DNA of 64,000 nt, taken from positions 1 to 64,000 of the forward strand of contig NW_014569536.1 in assembly GCF_000743755.1 (NCBI RefSeq), in the 5' to 3' direction. The position numbers and the translations under genes were made by a program. Below the pieces are notes generated by a model. It made no database searches, had not been told where the DNA came from, and saw only the letters and a program-made list of their open reading frames with translations. This document shows positions 50,093-62,450 of this stretch, one piece after another. Every line of letters begins with the position of its first letter. Positions within the stretch are counted from its first letter, which is position 1. This DNA comes from Blastocystis sp. subtype 4 (taxonomy: Eukaryota).

Positions 50093-51936
50093 CTATAAAC
50101 GAATAGCATTGTCAATAATCACTTTTCCTTTCTCTTTCACTACAAGAATACGCCTTCCAGCATCATAGTAAAGGATAAACTTCTTAATGTCTTGCCGATC
50201 TGTCAACTACGGGTAATCCTCTTCATCATCCCTCACCTTTGAAAAGATATCACTATCCAAATCACGATACATCACAGCTCGATTATAACGTAATCGATTC
50301 AACTCTCTCTAACCATAATATCAAATCCATAAACTCACATCCCACAAGAAGATGTGATCCATCACATTCATTGGAATCTATCAATGTTACTCTTCACACA
50401 TCGTCACTTTGTAGTAAAAACCCTTCTCGTTACGAAAATTCGCATCATCTAATCGACCATTCATTCTCATACCTGGATTTGTCTTCTCCAATTTTGCATC
50501 GGCTTCCTTCATACGCTCATCATTCACACTGTATTCTTCCAGAAAACTAATGATTTGAGATGCTGGGATCTCATGTCGTAGTGCTTGAACAATGCTATTT
50601 CGTGTTATCAGAAACGCGACCATGTTGGGTAGACGCGCCTATTAAATCAATTTATGTCAATGCTCTCACTCGCACTTCCATGAATTGAGACATAATTTGA
50701 ATGTACAAACTATTCTCCTCCAGAGGTCCAAAAGCATAGACTTTGAAGTTACTCTCAATTACAATCTTCAGAGTAGATTTCACTCGCATATTGATGTTGA
50801 AATCAGCTGTTCATTATCACAATGCACAAAACCCACAATGCGAAGTGGTTGGAAACAACAAATCTGTTCCTAATTGTGTAACATAGAAGTATTGGTCATT
50901 GTTGAGTGTCTTTGTATATCTTGGAATCACAACCATATGTCTTCATTACAATAAGCCAATCAACTCAAAACACTGGAGGAATTTCTTTTGTTCGGCTGTT
51001 AAAACTGAGATTTTATAAGCTTTGCAGGGAAGAGCATGACGGAGATTGAAGAGGAATGTGAAGAATGGAACAGTATTCCGTTCCATTCGAAGAATTTTCC
51101 TTAATAATGTATAACTCTAATTGTAACAGTCTCTACCATGCATCACTTGTTCATGAAAATTGCTCAACATAAAACGATATCCATCACCAGTAATTGAGAA
51201 TGAAGAGCCACCAGAAGAACTAACATTCAAAGAACACATCTTCATCAAACCTCAATAAACCATAGCGCATAAACAAATCTAATACTGCACGATTCTCATT
51301 TCCATGATTCATCTCACTCTATGGAGAACTACAGACACAGGCAGTACTGGGTTCATGAGAATGGCAATATTGCGATTGTATGTATTGTTACAGAACATAG
51401 AACTCTCGTTTGCAGGTGCTTTGAATTCTTTGACATTCTCCGAAGTCCATTGACAATGCTCTCCTGTCCGAATACATGTCTAATGGTAACTTAGAGATAA
51501 TAGGATTCACTGTATATGTTTGGCGGAAGACAGGGTTTATCACATACTGTAATGAACCATCTTGTACCGTATTCAATTCGAATACATGATATCGCAACAA
51601 CTACAATAATAGTACTAATATTTGACACACTTGGGATAAGTAGTCATCAACTAATTCTTCTGGTTTTCGATTATCTCCTGCTACACCATGGGAATTGATA
51701 AAAGAACGGATAATCATATCATGGGGAACAGGTTTATTCATACATAATAGAATGTTGAAGATTCTACAGCATCAATGACATAAATGACTCAATACTGCTG
51801 ACATTCATCAGGAAGCAACTGCAAAATAGTATGTGGAGATCCCAAATCTCGATAACTATAGATTATCTTCCTTACATCTGTTCTACATAAGCTCGAATTC
51901 CTTTTGCGATAAAGAACCAAGCTTATTCTCAAACAT
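50093..51936 (-). CDS. TFB2: TFIIH subunit Tfb2/p52 (GTF2H4)
   Basis: SITGDGYRFML, IESNFKVYAF, RLPNMVAFLITRNSIVQAL...ASQIISFLE, VCDQIRLW-like segment. Confidence 0.8.
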
Positions 51937-52027
51937 TGAGCGAAATAGTCTATTTTATCGTTTTCAACTCTCTTTTTGGAATACTGATTACAATCTATTT
52001 GTGGAATCCAATAAATCTTATATAATA

Positions 52028-53261
52028 ATGGAATTCCCAAGTTCATTGTCTGTCCAGAATCCATTAGCAATGCATCCGTGCATTGTGAAATCGAATGAAA
52101 CCAAGGGGGATATTCAGTTCTATGACAAACAGACAAATCGTTTCTTTGTTAGCTGTGGGGATGATTATTCCTGGATTTCTCCATCGGATCTAACCATTGA
52201 AGGTGATTGGCATTCGATTCCTGGGTTGTTATGCAAATAGACATTGATGTGTAGAATTCATACAACCAAGTCAGAAGATCTTGTGAATCAAGTTACAGAC
52301 CTGGATCAGAATGATACAGTAAAACCTGGAGCTATTCTGTCCATCATGTTACGTTCAGAGAGTGATTTGTTACATGCCGATGTACTTAATGATATGCGAC
52401 GAATTGAATATGAGAACTTGGTGAAAAGGCATCGTCAGAAGAAGAAATTGCTTCAATCACAAGAACACTTACAGAAATTGGGTGTACCCTATTCTAATCA
52501 GTTTCACGAATGCAAACCAACCAATGAACATACTGATATAGTGTTTAAAAAGGAGCCGTCACTTTCCATTCGTCAACAGTTACTAACATGGGCTTATGAT
52601 CACCCAAATACCTGGTCAAAGACATTTGCGAACTGTCGACGAACGCAACAACTACCAGAGGATCTGCATATCAAGTCCTCATATTTGAAGGAGCACGAGA
52701 AGGAACTCTGTAGTGGATATTATTTATTTTCATTATAGATACTCTTGCATTTGGACTTGATGAATTCGGTTATTCTCATCTTTCTCCATCTTTGCTTCTT
52801 CAAGACACTCTAACTCGTGTCCACAATTATAAGCTGATTCAACAATACAGTCAACCACTTCACAGTGAATCTGCTTTTGGTCGTCTGATTGTGAATAAGC
52901 GTTTCTATCAAATCGAAAAGGAGTGCTACTCGGTTGGTACAATTTCAGAAGAAACCTACAAGCATTTACAATTATTGAATCCTACCATCGAAGAGTTGCA
53001 TTCATTTTTTACGTTTATCTCTAGTACAATTCCTAATATTGGAGGATTCGACCTTGCTCTGGTTGATTCTTCATTCCCTCATGCGTGTTTTGAAATCCGT
53101 TATATTCAAGATCAATCAAGGTGGTGTCTAAGTGTCCTAAGACCTGAAGTTGAGATTACTGTGGGAACAACCAAATTGACATTCACAAGTGCTCCTTATC
53201 CTCTAAATCCCTGTGGTAGTATAACAACGGAATCCCATGTACTTATATACGAATTTGCATA
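52028..53261 (+). CDS. Hypothetical protein with a C-terminal FHA-like beta domain
   Basis: Three long exons; ...FDLALVDSSFPHACFEIRY...WCLSVL...VLIYEFA, then TA, CCAG, TGTTTGTT. Confidence 0.55.
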
Positions 53262-53265
53262 CCAG

Positions 53266-53273
53266 TGTTTGTT
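53266..53273 (+). terminator. TGTTTGTT polyadenylation-site motif between two in-frame genes
   Basis: 4 nt after an in-frame TA and 1 nt before the next ATG. Confidence 0.8.
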
Positions 53274-53274
53274 T

Positions 53275-54128
53275 ATGAGTGATCCCTATCGCAATCTTAT
53301 TGTTGGCAAATTAAAGCTCAAAGGTGTTTCTGACAAGAAGAAGTATCTGATGGAGGATTGGAACTGAAAGACTAGATCAAAGAAGACTCACAAAAAGAAG
53401 GAATCTGGAGAGGCACCTGGAAAATTGGAAGCAATCCGTGTGGAAGATATGGAGTCTGTCCCAACCAATGCCGAACCGGGAACAGGACGAATCTATTGTA
53501 CTGGTATTTGTGTCAGAATTGACACTTAAAGTTAGGTCCTGTTGTTTATGGAAAAGGAACGAAGTTCCTCACCGAATTGTCTTCAGGTGACTTGTTCATT
53601 ATTCGGCATCCTACATCGTATTGCTTTGTTGATATAATCAATCTAGTTTAGAGTCAGAAGCTCGAGTGGTGAAGTTGATTGTAAGTGATACATCTCTGTC
53701 CTTGAGGTGATTCTATTTTCTTTATCTCATTTCAAGTTCTCCGTTTTCAAAAGATTTCGTTTCCGAGATTCCTTTTGAATATGTGAAGAAACAAGAAGAA
53801 GAAATCTCACCAGAGGAAAAACAAGTGTGTAAATAAGAGATAGACTGAGTTTTAGGCCCAAGAAAAGAGGGAACGGGATGCACAAGAGAATGCGGCTTTC
53901 GGTATTTACCAGGGATCTGGGTTGGTATCAAATATATCATTTTCATGTTTAGTGGAACTCAATTTACCTACAAAACAAAACTACAAAGTGCCTATGGTGG
54001 ATGGAAAACAATTACAAAGGTATGCTAAATGAAGCATAGATAAGGAATAGAAAACTAAACGTGCTCTTAGTCGTGAAGAGATGTTGGATATGCGGGTAAA
54101 ACATAAGTCAGATCGATATTGTATGTAA
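53275..54128 (+). CDS. Conserved protist hypothetical protein
   Basis: MSDPYRNLIVGKLKLKG...GTGRIYCT/GPVVYGKGTKFLTEL...SAYGGWKT...SREEMLDMRVKHKSDRYCM*. Confidence 0.7.
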
Positions 54129-54190
54129 TCCCTTGTGTTCTAGAGCAAACAATCAAAATACGGAATAATCTTTCAGTTAACAAGCATCGT

Positions 54191-54558
54191 TTACTTCTTT
54201 GGTCGGACAGCACATCCGGCAACAATACGGGCCTTACCTCCAGTAGGAGTGCAGAGCAAAGCGTTGCAACTAGACATAAGCCTCTCTACCAACCAGGATT
54301 CACTTATCACAAACCACAACACTCTGGGCATGACTAAATACAGTCGTACTACACGATCACAACAAGATAGTAAGCAAACTCACATGTTGAAGCAACCAGG
54401 GCATCTTACATCCATAAAATAGCTGTTGGGGGTCTGAACAAGACGCTTCAGCTTGTGCTTCTGGGCCTCTTCCTCAGCAGAAGGATAACGGAGATCGTTC
54501 ACCTAAACTGCGTTAGACTACCTCCAGTTGTTGTATAGCACATCCCAAAACCTACCAT
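54191..54558 (-). CDS. RPS27: 40S ribosomal protein S27 (eS27)
   Basis: [39 protein letters not shown]...[10 protein letters not shown]. Confidence 0.96.
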
Positions 54559-54776
54559 CTTCTTAACGTGATTGAAATAAGACTATTCCTGGTGATTCCT
54601 GTTCGTGGTGCTTTCTCCTGAAAGTCGATTTTTATACTTTCATAGGTAGAATTTTCTACTATCATTAGATTATGAATAAACAACGAAATATGCATGCAGC
54701 AATAATTGGATAGCTTGTCTGTTCTTTGGACACACATGCTATACCAACACTATGTTCTGGCGCAATTAGTGCCCCA

Positions 54777-56520
54777 TCATTCAAGCCAAGTAACATTATC
54801 ACTCTCAAGATTACTATCACGATTAATAGGCATAAAGGGACGGTTTCTCATCCGGATTGTAGCTTGATCAAAAGGCATGGTATCATCTTCTACATGAGCC
54901 TGATTCATATCTACGAATGAATGAATAAACAAATAACAACGAGAAATAATCTCTCGATTGACCCGATAATACCCTTTGTAGGTGTAAGGATGCATAATTA
55001 TCCGCAAACGGATGAATATATAAAGAATAATCGCTTCATCTACTGCTGTAATCAGATTTTGATACTTCCAAGACAATACGGTTGACTACAGATTAATCCT
55101 GAATCAAACATAAACTCCAATAATAGCAACAAATGTAGGACGGAGAATGTACACAAGAAAACACCACAATAACCCTGTGAAACTAGCTTTGCTGATGTAG
55201 ATGCGGATTGTAGAAGGATTGTATTGAGAAGACTGTAACATGGCTGAAGTGGTCTAAAATGAGAAACGACGAAAACGAGTACAGAAATGTTGATATTGAT
55301 GCAGATGAGAATAGTGATAATGACAATGGATTGAAATATGTAATTCACAACCGAAAATCCATTGCAGAGACCATCGATTTGAGAATCGCAGAAAGAAGAG
55401 ACTCCAGCAAGAATGAGTAAACCAGCAAGAATACTTGCGCCAAACTGAATTTCCTTTTTCTGTATATTAGAGTACAAATGAAATGCAACCGTTGGGAGTT
55501 GGTGGGTGATCTGCCAACCACAAGCAAGGAGAAACATCACCATCAATAGAGCAACGTCAACAAGACGATACAAAAAGGAATTCAAATACACTATAGCAGA
55601 ATCTGGAATGAAGGAACTGTTTGAATGATTAATAAAGGATATTCACAGAATTATAGTATAAAGTATACAGAATAATACCTGTCTGAAGAAGAGATGAAAT
55701 AATCTTGATGAAAACAATCATCTCTAGGAGAATGTCGATATAACGAATAAATTGTGTTCCACGAAATCGTGATTTGCTGTTGATAATGACAAATACGATA
55801 AACACAAAGAGGTAGATGAGAAATACAACTGGCCAGATGATCACTTCTGGCTGTTCTTCTACTGCTAGATTCACCAACATTCCGTTATAGAAGTTGCGAA
55901 TCTTAATACAGCCCTAGGTTACTAATACCCATTCGTTCCTACAGAAACAGTCACAGATGTAGGAAAACAATTCAGCAGAATTACAGAATACTGATCTTCG
56001 TTCTCAATCTGTATCACAACAGAGACAGGTTCTGTTATTTCTCTTCTCTTAATATTACATTACGAGAATAAATGATACATAAGTTGAAGGTTGAAGACAA
56101 CTGTCTGCATCTGCTGTATCTGAATATGTAAATTCATCTGGTCTTTGGTTTTCATTGTATACCATCAATATGATAGAGTTCTCTCCACTCTATGCACTAA
56201 CAGTCAAGGAAGTGTTGTACAATTGAAGTTATGTCGATAGCAATGATAGACCGAGGTGCTAAACCCATTGCAGGGGACAGAGAATACTTCGATGCCATCT
56301 TGATTGCTACACCTGAACATATCCATTATTCAATACTCCTTGTAAAATTCAGATTATAGGAGTGGGCAGTTAGGAAAAGAGTCAGGATTAACAAACTCCA
56401 CCAGAACTGCTTCGAAATGATCATACTCTAACAGAATATGGATACTGATACAACGAATTAGGAAAGTTAAGAATGATACTGATGCCAAAAGGATTATTGT
56501 GTCTTTTTTGTCTATGGATT
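54777..56520 (-). CDS. Multi-pass membrane protein with luminal N-terminal domain (GPR107/7TM-like)
   Basis: Series of hydrophobic exons (ALLMVMFLLACGWQITH, VIIWPVVFLIYLFVF). 5' end is approximate. Confidence 0.5.
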
Positions 56521-56738
56521 TTCTATTCTATTCTAACTCATATGGAAACTTGGATTTCATTAATGGCTTCCAATCCGTAGGTGATTGCAGTAATTCTTGT
56601 GGATAAAGTGGAAACGATTATTTGCTAGACAATGGACATGAGAAATATCAAACCAATATTCCATACTAAAAAAGGTTGAAGACAATGTTCTTTGCAACAA
56701 TGCTTGTTCTTGTAAAGTACTTTTGTTGTTCAACAAAT

Positions 56739-57455
56739 TCAGCAATGAAGGTTCACAGTAAAGAGACGATTGCCAATCGATAAATAAACAGTATCAACAC
56801 ACTCCTCGATTCGATTGTCGTCGTCACTATCATATTCCTCCGATTCCACATACGTATTACCATAAATCCCTTTCTCTTTCGCTTCCGTACTCAAATCACC
56901 AACATAACTACCAATCGTACAATGAGGAATTGGAGGATCATAATACTTTTCCTTCTTGTAGTTGATCAGTACCTCATCGAATTGATGAATTAGCTGAACA
57001 ACGGAATTATATCCTTTCTGAACTAATATACTACAAAAGGAACGTGTTTTATCCTCATTGGTGAAGACTTGCGGTTGAGAAAGAGTCATGAAAAATGCCG
57101 GAGACTTTAGTCGATTACGAATATCTCGCACAAAAGGGTCAATCTGAAAATCGCGAAGGAAGAAGAGCTTTGTCAAACTCACATGGATCTTGTTAAAGCC
57201 TTGTTTCTCTTCATACAATGGGATAAAGCATTTATCACCACTCAGATTCAATTGGGAGTTAACTTCAGCAATGGTTGAGGCGATCTCTGTGTCATGGTCT
57301 TCTCTGGGAACTACCGATCAATCTCATTTTCATCATCTACTTAGGATATATGCAAATGAAGGCCAGTTCCCTTCAACATGAGGAAACCGTCTCACTTTCT
57401 TCTCCTCTTGGTCTTCTTTCTCTCTATAATCTCTTTTTCGCGATGTCTTTGACAT
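56739..57455 (-). CDS. USB1: U6 snRNA phosphodiesterase USB1 (2H family)
   Basis: IHVSLTK and PHCTIG (two HxS/T motifs); FTNEDKTRSF; YYDPP. Confidence 0.88.
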
Positions 57456-57482
57456 TGTAAACAAACATCGAAGAAAAGGAGA

Positions 57483-59634
57483 TTAATCTACAATTGGGTC
57501 ATTTGACGGTTCGAGTGTCCAGTCTCTCACTCCATCCACATCATAAAGAATCGAATAATTCTCAGTAAATTCCTCCACTGGAATCAATCCTGAGCTCACT
57601 CTTCCTCCCATTTCTTCAAACAATTCACGATGGGTAGAATAAATCATACTCGGTGCATACTTAACAAAATCCAAAAACGAAACATTATGACCATTAGGTA
57701 TGACTTCCCTATCATACACATCGTGTAATAACACTTGATTTGTTCGAATTCGAGAATAGAGGGAAGGAAAAGATGCAGGTTTCACAGGAGAATAACTCCG
57801 ATGAAGCGAAGTTGGGTGACGAAGATATACAGCTGGAGTATATGCTAATACAAGGAATCGCGTGGCATCACAACAAGATTGCCAATTCTCAACACCTTTT
57901 CTTTCAGCATCATTGGAACCTCCCTGATCTTGCATCAGCTCCACATCACATAGAGAATCCAACATCTGACTCAATTCATCCACATCACTTGTGTAGTCAG
58001 GAAGATTGGCAAAGAGATAACTTTCCGCTTCAGAGATCCCTATTCGATTATCTTCGTACATTGCGAACAGATCATTCTCTAATTCCCCATCTTCTTGCCG
58101 CTTTGCTAGTAATAACTTCTTAATCATATGGAAGATGCCCCAGAAGGTGTCTCCAGATGTAATGGACATCAGTTGCTGACACTGTAGTGATGACCCAAAT
58201 ACCCATAATTTCAGACAGACTTGACGAAAATCATTCTCTGATGAGGCTATAGCCTGCCGATATATCGAATTAGAGAGTCCTGGATACAACAGAGGTAATG
58301 CCTTCAGAGCCCTGAATGGTAAGAGTGAAGAATCACACGTACTTTCGTTGTGAGATGGGATTCATTTGGAGAAGAAGAAATGGAGGAAGTGGAGATGGCA
58401 GAAGATTTCGAATTCCAGAAATCCCCTTTTTCTCGTCTGTAGTATCTACAATCCACAATACAAGTGTCAATCGAGATGAATGCTGTGAAATGTCCTTCAA
58501 TAGTGCTTGAAAGCGTTGTATCTCTTTGGTGTTATTGGTATCACTCATTAAGAATGTTGGTAGAAGATCAATCAACACAATACGGCGACAACAATCTCGA
58601 ATACTATCTGTATCGTATCCTGAGTACTTCATACTCCCTTCAATAAATGTAATGAAACTCGACATATGTGATATTCCCTCAATTTGAGATGAGTTACTCT
58701 GAAGGAAAGGATCATCCCATGTTACAATCTCAATACGATGTTCTTGACAGATACTCTTCACCATAGTTCTCTAGAGATTAACAGGAGAAAGATTAGTCAC
58801 CTTTCCACACCCAGGAGGACCTGTAAGAATACATAACTTATCTGATACACCTTCACTCAAAACCCAATTCTCAAACTTCACTAGATAACTCTTCGTTACA
58901 GCTAGTTTATTGACCGAAGGGACATAATTATAGATATCGTTAGGAATACTGTCTGTAGCATGGAATTCGGTTGAGACTACCTTGTTGGTAGATGGAGGAG
59001 GAAGAGAAGATAGTACTGTCTTAGGAACACCTTGTTTCTTGAGCACTGAGGCCCATTGCTTAGGACGTTTCGACAGGGACATGGGTACTGACGAGTTCGA
59101 AGGTACTGGAACCGGAGAAGGGGATAAAAGTACTGGATGTTGACTGCTTGACATTGAGAGAGGATTATGCCGTTTCTTTGAACGATACTCTACTTCTGCA
59201 TCTTGTTTTATCAACACAAGGGAATCTGTCCGGCTATCTGAAACATGAAGCCCTTTATCGAGAGGTTCTGACGAGTCACCTTCTTGTTCGAAGAGAGAAG
59301 ATGATGAATCACATGAACCAGAGCTAGAGGAAGTAGGATCAGCAATTTCAATCGTCTCTTGGGTAGATTCACCATCTTCGCTCAGACTCAGAATTGCCCG
59401 TTTGGAAATAGACTTTGAAATCATTTCAAAACTTTGAGAAGAAAACTCCGAGTGCATCTGAGCAGGATCCTCCTCTTTCGGAATCTGTCTCCGTCTCTTG
59501 ATTGGTGATTTCAGAATCTGAGAACACTCTTCATCGCTTGATGTTTGAACAATAATCGAATGCTCCAAGTCAGTCATCTCCTGAGGACGACATTTTTTAG
59601 GGCTCAGATTGTTGTACATCATCCGGTTGAACAT
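57483..59634 (-). CDS. RAD17: Checkpoint clamp loader Rad17/Rad24-like
   Basis: KLAVTKSYLVKFENW...LCILTGPPGCGK/TMVKSIC...IVLIDLLP; disordered N-terminus. Confidence 0.75.
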
Positions 59635-59922
59635 ATTCCAGAAATTGGTTTGTCCTAGTACATTAATCTAGTTGGCGGCAAACCATCTGACCTAAGAACT
59701 GGAGAATATGGTACCTCAATCGAAATGGACTGGACATTTTGGTAGTATTCAATGTGTTTGTTTCTGGATTTGTGATGGATTTCTCAGCAACAATAAGCTC
59801 ATACTGATTTGTAGTAATATGATATCCTAATAGTAAGATGGTATGAACTTACGAAGGTTCTTATTTTTCCCAGAAATTTCTGATTTGTAACGGTTATTGT
59901 CTTCTTCAAGTTTTCTTTTTGA

Positions 59923-61701
59923 ATGGAAGGATCTGAAGAGAAATCGGTCAAACCGAGTCCCTGGAAACAAATCCCAAAATATAATCCTCAGGGTATTTCG
60001 TTCCAGGACTTGATGAATGAATCTGCTCAACGAAAGAAAGAGAAACAGATATCGGGTATGACATTTGGTGCAACTGTAATGTATAGAAAAATATCTAGAT
60101 AGCATATCTATGAGTGGACATTAGGCGTTTGCCTAAGTTATAGATGAAGATTATCTGCTAGCATTAAGTCTCCAAGAAGAGTATGATAGAAATGCTAATT
60201 CTTCAGAAATCACTACAGAATACGCTCAAGTGAAAAATGGTAGTGATTTCAAGATAAACTGATTAGTAGAGGACTTGGATGATGATTATGCTCTTGCAAT
60301 GCAACTCCAGTTGGAAGAAGAGCGTGCTTTCCAACAATCTCAAACCCAACGAAGTCAAAAGAGTATGTGCGGATTCGTTGGATGATGAATAGTTGTAGTT
60401 GATCAACCTGCTCTTACGCGACTTGGTTTCACTACAACTCCAGTCCCTACAGTGCATGTGGAGGAAGATGTGACAGAAAAGTATCTTGGAGTAAATAGCC
60501 CATATTTAGGAGGTAGGCTTGGGAAGATGCATTAAGATGAAGATACCGCAGATAATCGTGATGTTCTGATCAGACCCAAATCTGTAGGTACTGAGGATGT
60601 GCTTTACAATAGACTCTTACGAAACATGAAAAGGATCATGTTGGTAAAGTGAACATATCCAATCAATCCATGCACTATCATTCCTTAATTCCAATCTGCC
60701 AGACTTGCTCGTTCCATGGACCATGCAGGGAATGTGGATGAGTATTCGATTGATGATAAAGGTCTTGTAAAGATGCGAAAGTATTATGGGCACAAGAAGG
60801 ATCGAACATCGCGTGCACCCAAAGAGAATAAACTCACTACTAATAACACAATTGACAATACTACTCGATTAATGATTCTGAATGTGAGATTAGGATGGAT
60901 TGGTCATGAATAGTTCATTAATAATGGTTATTTCGATGAATTAGGAGGTCAGATTCAAACAGGAAAGGAAGGAACGATCTTTTCGGCAGTACGGGAAGAT
61001 GAAGAAGGAGAGGAATGGTTCTGTGTGAAGGTGTATAAGGTGTTGACAATGGAGTTCAAAAATAAGAAAGATTACATTCATGTAGGAATGGATGAGAAGA
61101 TTGATGTGAAGGGTGATCATCGCTTTGAATCATTAGAGGGTGTATCTGGCAGTGATAGTAAGATCGTGCATGAATGGACACGCAAGGAACACTTCAACCT
61201 CCTCAAACTCTATGAAGCAGAGATCCCATGTCCTGAGCCCATCCTATATGAGAAAAATGTGTTGGTAATGCGTATGATTGGCGATGGTGATATGCCTGCT
61301 CCATCGTTACGTGAAGTGGTTCCTGGCCATCGGCAGATGTATCGTCAAACTATCATTCAATGTATCCATCTCTTAAGAGATATGTTCCAACGATGTTCTT
61401 TGGTTCATGGAGACTTCAGTGAGTATAATTTACTGTAGGATTAAGCATGAGAGTTGATAGGGTAGAGTGAATGAAGGTCGGGTGTTTGTAATCGATGTTG
61501 GTCAATCTGTAAATACACTACACTCGTTATGGAAAGAGTATCTACGAAGAGATGTCCATAACATTCTGGAATTCTATCATCGAAATGGAACAATTGCTGA
61601 TTTTGATGAAGTGGAACAGAAGACATATGACTATATCTTAGCTGAAGCAACTGATAGTATTGATGTGGAATATGAGGAGTATCTATATAGTAAGATACAG
61701 T
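59923..61701 (+). CDS. RIO-family atypical kinase with RIOK3-like N-terminal extension
   Basis: IQTGKEG, CVKVYK, YIH/GDHRF, WTRKEHFNL, NVLVMRMIG, LVHGDFSEYNLL, VIDVGQSV; N-terminal DYLLALSLQEE and DDYALAMQLQLEEE. Confidence 0.88.
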
Positions 61702-61705
61702 ATAT

Positions 61706-61713
61706 TGTTTGTT
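61706..61713 (+). terminator. TGTTTGTT polyadenylation-site motif (RIO kinase)
   Basis: 4 nt after the in-frame T at 61701. Confidence 0.85.
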
Positions 61714-61780
61714 AGTCAATACACTTGTCATTAAAAAAGGATTTCACAGAAGCAGTTGAATTGGTTACGAGAAAAAAGAA

Positions 61781-61853
61781 CTCCCATGCCGGGACTCGAA
61801 CCCGGGTCGGCGAGGTGAAAACCCGCTATCCTAACCGGCTAGACTACATGGGA
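61781..61853 (-). tRNA. tRNA-Glu (anticodon TTC)
   Basis: TCCCATGTAGTCTAGCCGGTTAGGATAGCGGGTTTTCACCTCGCCGACCCGGGTTCGAGTCCCGGCATGGGAG folds as a cloverleaf; T-run terminator downstream. Confidence 0.96.
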
Positions 61854-61932
61854 CCTGAAATTGATTTCCAACTCCGTTATAAAAGGAAACGATCCCGCTT
61901 GTATTGCTTATTCCTTCACAAACCCTTTTGCC

Positions 61933-62311
61933 ATGGTACCCCATCTTGAGAACGAATTGATTATAGAGTTCTGACGATCGATTTAATGTCAACCTGTCAT
62001 TTTCGAAGAATTGGGATCATCTTCAGGGAAAGTATATTGGAACAGGTCATCCCGATATGACGAAATAGTAATCCAATATGAGATGGGTGTTTTATGGATT
62101 AGTGAATGGGCCGTAAATATGCATCGAGATACGTATGCTTCCCATATTGGGCATGAAGATATGCTCTATTTTGCATCCGTAGCCGAGAATGAGTCGGTGG
62201 AGCGAATCCGATACACAATGCTAGAAGTATGTATTTGAATCCCCGTACTGATATTTTTAGAAGATGTTGCAGCCATGTGGACCTCCACCTGTGAAGACCT
62301 CACCCTTTTAA
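61933..62311 (+). CDS. SF3B5: Splicing factor 3B subunit 5
   Basis: HLQGKYIGTGHPD; EWAVNMHRDTYASHIGH; VAENES; KMLQPCGPPP. Confidence 0.93.
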
Positions 62312-62450
62312 ATTGGCTTGTTGTGATACTATTCATTTGTTTTTTCGATTTACATGTTCTGTATTAATTATCTTAGGAAGTTGGATCAAGACGATTATCG
62401 TTAAAGGACACAAATATTACCGATAGACTCCATTTGCGTTGAATCTACCA

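Noticed and set aside
59749..59763. TGTTTGTT between Rad17 and the RIO kinase
   Set aside because: No supported upstream + strand gene ends here; it may be chance or an unrecognised short transcript.
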